Positions 57,357 to 64,000 of a DNA stretch of 64,000 bases are shown in pieces. The DNA is taken from contig CP064998.1 of NCBI GenBank assembly GCA_016700035.1, forward strand, positions 59,325 through 123,324, in the 5' to 3' direction. This stretch comes from a bacterium. GTDB lineage: Bacteria > Patescibacteriota > Saccharimonadia > CAILAD01 > GCA-016700035. The translations under genes were made by a program, and so were the position numbers. Position 1 is the first letter of the stretch; every line of letters starts with the position of its first letter. The notes under the pieces are model-generated. The model worked only from the letters and a program-made list of their open reading frames with translations, made no database searches and had not been told where the DNA came from.

Positions 57357-57604
57357 AAAAACGAGATATTATAGGGCTGGTAATAGCGGTTGCGCTAATT
57401 GCGATTACTGGAGTACTACTATATACACAATTAGCCCCCGCTCCAAAAGATACTGGTATATCGGTTAGCGTACCAGCTAAGGTGGCTGTGCCATTATCCG
57501 ATCCAAAAGATCAAGAAAAATTAACTGAGTTGGAGCGTTACGAGGACTTCTCAAAGCCACAGCAGTGTACGAACGAGACTTGTGGACGAGAGAACCCATT
57601 GTAG
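57353..57604 (+). CDS. small single-TM protein in the pilus operon (PilP-like or accessory, unknown)
   Basis: 83 aa with an N-terminal TM. It overlaps pilO by ATGA and ends with a Cys pair (CTNETC). Confidence 0.45.
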   Translation: MKKRDIIGLVIAVALIAITGVLLYTQLAPAPKDTGISVSVPAKVAVPLSDPKDQEKLTELERYEDFSKPQQCTNETCGRENPL

Positions 57605-57628
57605 CCCTAGCGAGGTAGATACTATAAA

Positions 57629-59422
57629 ATGCTGACGTTAGAAAATCAAAAGATCATCGAAAATATGATTGTGCAGGGCGATATTGTCCCGCACGATGTG
57701 TTGGAGATTGCAAAATTGCGGTCCGCCAAAGAGAGCAAAGGACTTTTACAGGTATTATTAGATATGAAGGCTTTATCTGAGGATGATTCAGTTAAGCTAA
57801 TTGCTATTTCAAAAAAGATTCCCTTTGTTGATTTGATGCATCTGGATCGCCCTGTTGATCAAAAGGTTCTGGAGATGGTACCACTTGAAATTGCCAAAAC
57901 CTACATGGCCGTACCGTTTGGGGTGTCTAATAGCTCGTTAAATGTTGCATTGCTTGACCCAACTAATTTGCAGGCGATCGATTTTATATCGCGTAAAACT
58001 GGCTACACTATTAATCCATATATTGCTTCTCAGGCCGGTATTGATTTTGTGCTGGGGATGTATAAAGAGAAGTTTTCTCAAGAAGTATCAGAGGTTTTAA
58101 AGAATATTGCTTCGGCTCAAAAAGAAGAAGTTGAGGCTGAAAAAAAGACTGTTCAAGATCAGAAAAAGATCAACGACATTGTTCAGGATGCACCAATTAC
58201 TCGAGCCCTCAATACTATTTTAGAGTATGCAATTAACTCACGAGCATCAGATATTCATGTTGAACCCCGTCAAAAAGAGCTGAAGATTCGGTTTCGTGTC
58301 GATGGTATTTTGCAGGAAGTGATGACGTTACCAAAAACCACCGAAGCAGCCCTTATCTCTCGTATTAAAATTATGTCTAATCTCAAGATTGATGAGCACC
58401 GTATTCCTCAAGACGGGCAAGCGGTATATATTTTTGCTGGTCGCGAAGTTGATTTGCGTATTGCGATTGCGCCAATTAGCTATGGGGAACAAGTGGTAAT
58501 TCGTATTTTGGATAAGAACGCCCAAAATATTACTCTGGATACGCTAGGCTTTAGGGGGCGTAGTTTACGCCTTATTACATCTGGTATGCATAAGCCACAC
58601 GGTATGATTCTATCAACTGGCCCAACTGGTTCAGGTAAATCCACTACTCTGTATGCGGTGGTGGGGGCAATTAAATCGGTGGCAATCAATATTGTGACGC
58701 TTGAAGACCCGGTGGAATATAAAATGGAGGGTATTAACCAAATTCAGGTTAATACGGCGGTGGGGCTAACCTTTGCTAATGGTTTACGGTCTATTTTGCG
58801 TCAGGACCCTAATGTGGTGCTAGTGGGGGAGATTCGTGATGCCGAAACGGCCGATCTAGCCGTGCAGGCAGCGTTGACTGGACACACAGTACTTTCCACA
58901 CTCCACACCAACTCCGCAGCTGGTGTTTTACCACGTATGCTAGATATGAAGATTGAGCCATTTTTGATTGCCTCAACCGTCAACACTGTAATTGGCCAGC
59001 GCCTAGTGCGTCGCGTTTGTCAAAAGTGTAAGCAAGCTTATGCGGCGCCGGGCACAGCGGTGGAGCTAATTAATAAGATTATAGGTTCATTTTTACCTAA
59101 AACTCAGGCCGAAGTGCAGGCTAAAGAGCAAGAATATGGATACGAGGGTTTGCCACTCTATAGTCAAAACGCTTATACTTTATATAGGGGGGTAGGCTGC
59201 GACGAATGTAAAGATGGTTACTCTGGTCGTATTGGTATCTTTGAGGTGTTTGAGATGAATCCAGCGATGGAAAAGCTCTTGCTCAGTAGGGCAACCACCA
59301 ACGATATTCAGAACCAGGCAATCAAAGATGGCATGCTGACTATGCAACAAGATGGCTATCTAAAGGCATTAACAGGTGTGACCACCGTAGAAGAAGTGGC
59401 ACGTGTGGCAACCGATCATTAG
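57629..59422 (+). CDS. pilB: type IV pilus extension ATPase PilB (GspE family)
   Basis: N-terminal GSPII_E_N domain, Walker A GPTGSGKST, Asp/His boxes and tetracysteine zinc motif CQKCK...CDECKDG are present. The ORF is 597 aa. Confidence 0.9.
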   Translation: MLTLENQKIIENMIVQGDIVPHDVLEIAKLRSAKESKGLLQVLLDMKALSEDDSVKLIAISKKIPFVDLMHLDRPVDQKVLEMVPLEIAKTYMAVPFGVSNSSLNVALLDPTNLQAIDFISRKTGYTINPYIASQAGIDFVLGMYKEKFSQEVSEVLKNIASAQKEEVEAEKKTVQDQKKINDIVQDAPITRALNTILEYAINSRASDIHVEPRQKELKIRFRVDGILQEVMTLPKTTEAALISRIKIMSNLKIDEHRIPQDGQAVYIFAGREVDLRIAIAPISYGEQVVIRILDKNAQNITLDTLGFRGRSLRLITSGMHKPHGMILSTGPTGSGKSTTLYAVVGAIKSVAINIVTLEDPVEYKMEGINQIQVNTAVGLTFANGLRSILRQDPNVVLVGEIRDAETADLAVQAALTGHTVLSTLHTNSAAGVLPRMLDMKIEPFLIASTVNTVIGQRLVRRVCQKCKQAYAAPGTAVELINKIIGSFLPKTQAEVQAKEQEYGYEGLPLYSQNAYTLYRGVGCDECKDGYSGRIGIFEVFEMNPAMEKLLLSRATTNDIQNQAIKDGMLTMQQDGYLKALTGVTTVEEVARVATDH

Positions 59423-59446
59423 TAATTATATTTAAGAGGAATTATT

Positions 59447-60712
59447 ATGCAGCCAACAGATCCAAACAGCCCAGCCCAGCCCAGCGGAATTCCTATTGAT
59501 GGAGTAAGTGGGGTAGTTTCTAGTGTACCGCCAGCAGCCCAAACTCAAACTCCGGCTCCGGTAGCTCCAAGCCAAAGCCCCGCACCGGCTCCAGCTGCAG
59601 AAGTAAGTGCGGCCGATCAAGTGCACCAGATGGATTCGAGTCAACATGCCGGCAAGCTTTCCATCGAGCCGTATTTGGAGGAAGTTATCCGTCGAGATGC
59701 TTCAGATATCCATATTCAGGTTGGCTTACCACCAATGTTGCGCGTTGACGGGGCATTGGAACCAATTAAAGATGTGGAACCACTGACTGCCGAAGGTATT
59801 GATGATATTATTTTTAGCCTCCTCGATGATGATCAACGCGAAGTGTACCTGAAAGATAAAGAAATTGACTTTTCTTTTGCGTATGGCGATTTGGGTCGTT
59901 TTCGTGTTAATGCCTTCCACGAAAAGGGTAACCCAGCTGGTGCGTTTCGACTTATTCCAAACAAAATTCGGACCGTAGAAGATCTTGGTTTACCGCCGAT
60001 TATGAATAAGCTAACCGAATTTCCGCGTGGCTTGGTGCTGGTTACTGGCCCAACTGGTTCGGGTAAATCTACTACCTTGGCTGGTATGCTCGATAAAGTG
60101 AATCGTGAGCGGGCGGTGCATATCATCACCATTGAAGATCCTATCGAATATCAGCATCATCATAAGAAATCTATTGTGGTTCAGCGCGAAGTACACTTTG
60201 ATACCAAGAGCTTCTCCTCCGCACTTCGCTCCAGCTTGCGGGAAGATCCCAACGTAGTGCTTATCGGTGAGATGCGCGACCTAGAAACTATCTCCACCGC
60301 CATTACGGTGGCAGAAACTGGCCACTTGGTGTTTGCCACACTTCACACTAACTCGGCAGCTCAGTCGATTGACCGTATGGTAGATGTTTTCCCACCCCAC
60401 CAACAGCAGCAAATCCGTATTCAGTTATCTAGCGTATTGCAAGGGATTGTGGCGCAACGACTCATTCCGATGATTGGTGGTGGCCGTATGGCGGTGGCAG
60501 AAATTCTAGTGGTTACTCCAGCTGTACGTAATATTATTCGTGAAGGCAAAACCCACCAGCTCGATGCTGTTATTCAAACTGGTGCCGAATACGGCATGCA
60601 GTCCATGGACGCTACACTTGCACATCACATTCACGAGGGTAAGATTAGCTATGAAGAGGCCAAGAATTATGCTGTTAACTTAGAGGAGTTAGATCGCTTA
60701 ATGCGACACTAA
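59447..60712 (+). CDS. pilT: type IV pilus retraction ATPase PilT with a Pro/Ala-rich N-terminal extension of about 60 aa
   Basis: PilT core DIHIQVGLPPMLRVDG, Walker A GPTGSGKST, and the AIRNLIRE-type motif (AVRNIIREGK) are present. SD aagagga precedes the annotated ATG. Confidence 0.85.
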   Translation: MQPTDPNSPAQPSGIPIDGVSGVVSSVPPAAQTQTPAPVAPSQSPAPAPAAEVSAADQVHQMDSSQHAGKLSIEPYLEEVIRRDASDIHIQVGLPPMLRVDGALEPIKDVEPLTAEGIDDIIFSLLDDDQREVYLKDKEIDFSFAYGDLGRFRVNAFHEKGNPAGAFRLIPNKIRTVEDLGLPPIMNKLTEFPRGLVLVTGPTGSGKSTTLAGMLDKVNRERAVHIITIEDPIEYQHHHKKSIVVQREVHFDTKSFSSALRSSLREDPNVVLIGEMRDLETISTAITVAETGHLVFATLHTNSAAQSIDRMVDVFPPHQQQQIRIQLSSVLQGIVAQRLIPMIGGGRMAVAEILVVTPAVRNIIREGKTHQLDAVIQTGAEYGMQSMDATLAHHIHEGKISYEEAKNYAVNLEELDRLMRH

Positions 60713-60729
60713 GTGGGCAATAAAAAACG

Positions 60730-61974
60730 ATGCTAGATTTTCAATATAAAGCTAAAGACAAATCGACAGGCCGAATCATAGTTGGTTCTATTCAGGCCGA
60801 TAATGAAATGGCTGCCGGTAAATTGCTTTTAAAGCAAGAGCTTTATCCGATCGAGATGAAGCCCAAAAAAGCCTCAGCTTTCTCGACTAGCAATGCTCAC
60901 GCTAAAGCTAAAACCAAGCATAAGGTTGTATTTACTCGCCAGCTAGCTACACTCATTAAGGCTGGTCTACCGGTAGCGGCAGCTCTAAACTCTTCAATGA
61001 GCCAGGTGGATGACAAGACTATGAAGTCGGTCATCTTCAAGCTGACTAAATCAGTGGAAGGTGGTACCCAGCTCTCCCAAGCTCTAGCCGAGTATCCAGA
61101 AAACTTTAATACCATCTACATTTCTATGGTGCAGGCTGGTGAGGCCAGTGGTAATCTAGAAATTACCCTAGAGCGCCTAGCCACCCAATTGGAAAAAGAG
61201 GCTGAAATTACTGCCAAAATTCGTGGCGCGATGATTTATCCGGCTATCGTACTGGTGGTAATTCTTTTGGTGATGGGCTTTATGATGACCAGCGTGGTAC
61301 CACAAATTGCCGAGTTGTATAAGAGTTTTAATAAGTCTCTGCCTTGGATAACTCAAATAATGATGTTTGGTTCGGATATGATTACCAAGTGGTGGTTTAT
61401 TACATTTCCATTTATTGGAGCGGTTATTTTTGGTATCTTTAAATACCTCAAAACTCCTATGGGTCAGCATAATATGGCTCGGACAAAGCTCACTATGCCA
61501 CCGTTTAATCAGCTCTTTTTAAAGATGTATATGGCTCGGTTTTCACGTACGCTAGGAAGCTTGGTAGCTAGTGGCATACCAATTTTAGAATCACTCAAGC
61601 TGGTTTCAGAAAGCTTAAATAATGATATTTTAAAAGCCGAAGTTGAGATAATGGCGGATGAAGTAAAATCTGGCCGAGCCCTGTCTGAAGCTCTGCATAA
61701 ATCTGAGTATTTTTTACCGCTAGTGAGTCAGATGATAAAAGTTGGGGAAGATTCTGGGACAATGAGCGATATGCTCGACCGCCTTGCCACTTTTTATGAA
61801 AATGAAGTAGATCAGGCTGTAAAAAATATTTCTACCATTATTGAGCCAGTACTGATAGTGGTTATGGGTGGGTTAGTCGTACTGATGATAATTGGCGTCC
61901 TGTATCCAGTTTATAATTTAGTAGGGCAAGATTTAAGTGGCGGCGGTGGTGCTACTACAACTAGCGGGCAGTAG
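60730..61974 (+). CDS. pilC: type IV pilus platform protein PilC (GspF family)
   Basis: Two GspF repeats and three TM segments. The ORF is 414 aa. Confidence 0.85.
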   Translation: MLDFQYKAKDKSTGRIIVGSIQADNEMAAGKLLLKQELYPIEMKPKKASAFSTSNAHAKAKTKHKVVFTRQLATLIKAGLPVAAALNSSMSQVDDKTMKSVIFKLTKSVEGGTQLSQALAEYPENFNTIYISMVQAGEASGNLEITLERLATQLEKEAEITAKIRGAMIYPAIVLVVILLVMGFMMTSVVPQIAELYKSFNKSLPWITQIMMFGSDMITKWWFITFPFIGAVIFGIFKYLKTPMGQHNMARTKLTMPPFNQLFLKMYMARFSRTLGSLVASGIPILESLKLVSESLNNDILKAEVEIMADEVKSGRALSEALHKSEYFLPLVSQMIKVGEDSGTMSDMLDRLATFYENEVDQAVKNISTIIEPVLIVVMGGLVVLMIIGVLYPVYNLVGQDLSGGGGATTTSGQ

Positions 61975-62002
61975 TTGACGCCAGCTCACAGTTTGCTATT
62001 AT
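61975..62002 (+). promoter_or_regulatory. candidate strong promoter of the major pilin gene, TTGACG-16-TATTAT
   Basis: TTGACG at 61975-61980 and TATTAT at 61997-62002. A 46-nt leader carries SD aaggagg at 62037-62043. Confidence 0.5.
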
Positions 62003-62048
62003 AAGCATAAGCGTTATAAAAATACGTGAATATTATAAGGAGGTCTTT

Positions 62049-62453
62049 ATGACAGATAAAAAAATGAAAAAAGGGTTTACCCTGATTGAAATTGTAATTG
62101 TACTGGCAATTGCGGCTTTGATTATGGTGGTTGTATTCTTTGCCGTGCAGGGTGCTCAGCGCGAACAACGTAATACTACTCGCAAGGATGTAGCTAACCG
62201 TGTTAAAGCCGCTATGGTGACTGCACGCGGTAATAATAATGGCGGTACTGTCACTGATGCAGTATTAGCAACCTATGTACCTGCTGCAGAGCGTGCTATG
62301 GGGGCAACAACTATCGGTGTTGCTACTGGTGTTGTCTTTGCGGCCGGCTGTACTGTTAATAATACAGTTAATGTGCAGTGGGCTACTCCAGATACGGCAT
62401 CTATTTGTCTCGAAACAGGTGGTGCTACAGGTGTACCATATTTAGCTCGTTAG
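62049..62453 (+). CDS. type IV major pilin (class III signal peptide, cleavage G|FTLIE)
   Basis: MTDKKMKKG|FTLIEIVIVLAIAALIMVVV with Glu at +5, and a C-terminal Cys pair forming the usual disulfide loop. The ORF is 134 aa. Confidence 0.85.
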   Translation: MTDKKMKKGFTLIEIVIVLAIAALIMVVVFFAVQGAQREQRNTTRKDVANRVKAAMVTARGNNNGGTVTDAVLATYVPAAERAMGATTIGVATGVVFAAGCTVNNTVNVQWATPDTASICLETGGATGVPYLAR

Positions 62454-62473
62454 TGAATCTACCAACACCAAAC

Positions 62474-62497
62474 GAGCCCCCGCATGGGGGCTTTTTG
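62474..62497 (+). terminator. strong intrinsic terminator after the pilin gene
   Basis: gagccccc gcat gggggctt followed by ttttt. Confidence 0.7.
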
Positions 62498-62532
62498 GTT
62501 ATTGGTAATGCTTTCGCATATAATAAGCTTAT

Positions 62533-63333
62533 ATGAATGGTGAGTGGTCAGGATTTCTTATATTTTTAGTTGGTATTTATGGCCTGCTCGTCGGCTCATT
62601 TCTAAATGCCTGGGTGTGGCGGGTGCATACGCATCGCAAGGTGTCTAAGGGGCGCAGTATGTGCCCCCATTGCAAGACAACGCTACATTGGTATGAGCTT
62701 TTACCAGTTCTATCCTGGTTGGGCCTAAAAGGCAAATGTCGAACCTGCCACAAGCTAATATCTTGGCAGTATCCAGCCGTGGAGCTCGCTAATGCCGGCT
62801 TGTGGGTGGCACTTCTACTATTTTTTGCTCCGGCTAGCCCACTGGCTTGGTTACAGCTTGGGCTATGGTGTGTGTTGGCCTCCTTGCTGTTGGCAGCCCT
62901 AGTTTACGATACCCGCTGGATGCTCTTACCAGATGCTTTTGTAATGCCAGCTACGGCCGTAGCACTGGTGCTGGCTGGCTTGTCGGCCATGCAGGCTGGA
63001 TCGCTGGCTGAGCTGTGGCCTAAATTGCTAGCTGCCACTATCTTTGCCGGAGTATTTTTCCTTATCTGGCTTGTTTCTGGCGGTAGCTGGATAGGAGATG
63101 GTGATATTTGGCTAGCTGGCATTATGGGCTTGGTTCTTTCTGGTACGCAACTGGTGGTGGCGATATTTGTAGCATTTAATTTGGGCGCAATTGTTGGGCT
63201 GGCGCTAATTGTAATTCATAAAAAAACACGCAAAAGCATGATTGCGTTTGGGCCGTTTTTAATAATTGGCTTATTTGCTGGGCTGTTTTTTGGCGAGGCA
63301 TTATTAAATTGGTACATGGGGATATTCGTCTAG
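62533..63333 (+). CDS. pilD: prepilin peptidase PilD (A24 family)
   Basis: N-terminal zinc motif CPHCK...CRTCH, Asp-containing peptidase core and multi-TM profile are present. The ORF is 266 aa. Confidence 0.85.
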   Translation: MNGEWSGFLIFLVGIYGLLVGSFLNAWVWRVHTHRKVSKGRSMCPHCKTTLHWYELLPVLSWLGLKGKCRTCHKLISWQYPAVELANAGLWVALLLFFAPASPLAWLQLGLWCVLASLLLAALVYDTRWMLLPDAFVMPATAVALVLAGLSAMQAGSLAELWPKLLAATIFAGVFFLIWLVSGGSWIGDGDIWLAGIMGLVLSGTQLVVAIFVAFNLGAIVGLALIVIHKKTRKSMIAFGPFLIIGLFAGLFFGEALLNWYMGIFV

Positions 63334-63386
63334 CCAACCATAAGTGGTATACTTGAGACTAAGCATGCTAAAGTTTTTATCCTTGT

Positions 63387-64000
63387 ATGAAGAAAATCTC
63401 TAAAAGAAATTTACGTTTTAAGTATCTGCTACGGAGCAGGCCTGGTATTTCTTTGGTGGAAGTCATTATGGTGCTGGGGATTTCCAGTATGTTGATTGCT
63501 GGCTCGTTTGCTTGGTTTGATTCACGTAAGAGTAGTGATTTTTATGACCAGGTGCGTCAAATAGAGTCAAAAATTCGTGAAGTTCAGAGTGAGAATACCT
63601 CGAGCTTGGTGCCTGGTTTTACCAGTGATAGTAGATGTTCGCCGGTTGTGACTACAACTTGCCCACTACTTGCCCGTGGTGAAGAGGTATTTGGCACGGC
63701 TGTATCAATGGCTGTACCAAATACTGGTGATACGACAAAACTCAGGATTGGCTATTTTAAGAGAGGCCCTAAACTTGGATCACCACCAGTTCAGGCTTTG
63801 TCTGTGCAGGATTATGAACGTAGCGAAATTGAGTTGCCAGCTACAATTAAGCTGGAGGGTTTTACGGTGTTTGGAGATGCTACCTGTACATCTGGTGCAT
63901 ACAATAATTGGCGCGAACTACCGAATACCGGAGGTAGTGATGCTGGCTATCAGGATTTTAATAGTCCGGGAAATAAATCGATGATTGTGTTTAGGCGTAC
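63387..64000 (+). CDS. pilin-like protein (minor pilin or pseudopilin) with a long class III leader; 3' end outside the window
   Basis: Open frame from ATG 63387 to the window end with no stop, so it is absent from the ORF track. MKKISKRNLRFKYLLRSRPG|ISLVEVIMVLGISSMLIAGSF has Glu at +5 after the Gly cleavage site. Confidence 0.6.
   Translation, partial: MKKISKRNLRFKYLLRSRPGISLVEVIMVLGISSMLIAGSFAWFDSRKSSDFYDQVRQIESKIREVQSENTSSLVPGFTSDSRCSPVVTTTCPLLARGEEVFGTAVSMAVPNTGDTTKLRIGYFKRGPKLGSPPVQALSVQDYERSEIELPATIKLEGFTVFGDATCTSGAYNNWRELPNTGGSDAGYQDFNSPGNKSMIVFRR

Noticed and set aside
1-64000. tRNA, rRNA, tmRNA and CRISPR arrays
   Set aside because: I scanned the intergenic spacers, the longest being 6406-6741, 24549-24783, 38587-38765, 40503-40657 and 22412-22597. 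None shows a cloverleaf arrangement (GTTC T-loop with acceptor-stem complementarity), rRNA-like conserved blocks, or regularly spaced direct repeats.

Overview
This 64 kb window is a gene-dense stretch of bacterial chromosome, mostly transcribed on the + strand. Protein-coding genes cover about 90% of it, spacers are short and many neighbouring genes overlap by TAATG or ATGA. I found no rRNA, tRNA, CRISPR array or transposase. GC content looks moderately low by eye (mid-40s %, not computed), with a few clearly GC-richer patches at 436-1990, 6742-7389, 16598-16951 and 42508-44334. The recognisable content is housekeeping: rarA, gmk, a MurE-like ligase, an arginase-family enzyme, dnaG, rpoD, polA, mutM, holA, rpsT, a degenerate nrnA-like gene followed by truB-rpsO-pnp, a family-4 UDG, RNase J, a GT2 glycosyltransferase facing an MsbA-like ABC exporter, ftsK, a rodZ-like gene, yajQ, recA-recX, rpsF-ssb-rpsR, efp and ychF. 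The 3' third of the window (44.4-64.0 kb) is the most interesting part. It holds two tandem, clearly paralogous giant membrane-anchored surface proteins of 1330 and 2115 aa. These sit immediately upstream of a complete secretin-less type IV pilus locus: pilM, pilN, pilO, a small TM protein, pilB, pilT, pilC, a major pilin with its own promoter and terminator, pilD, and a second pilin-like gene. The gene content points to a small-genome, monoderm-like lineage such as Candidate Phyla Radiation / Saccharibacteria (inference only). The features pointing that way are an LCP enzyme, a Gram-positive-type Mur ligase, T4P without a secretin, several proteins with degenerate catalytic or zinc motifs, giant adhesin-like proteins, and GC-rich actinobacterial-type genes that may be host-derived. 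Other oddities are a trio of paralogous membrane-anchored proteins with a conserved Cys pair and a C-terminal W-x-W motif, a DnaG with no zinc-ribbon ligands, an NrnA-like protein with dead DHH motifs, an RNase J with a long basic disordered N-terminal extension, a promoter-sORF-terminator micro-module, and several near-leaderless promoters.
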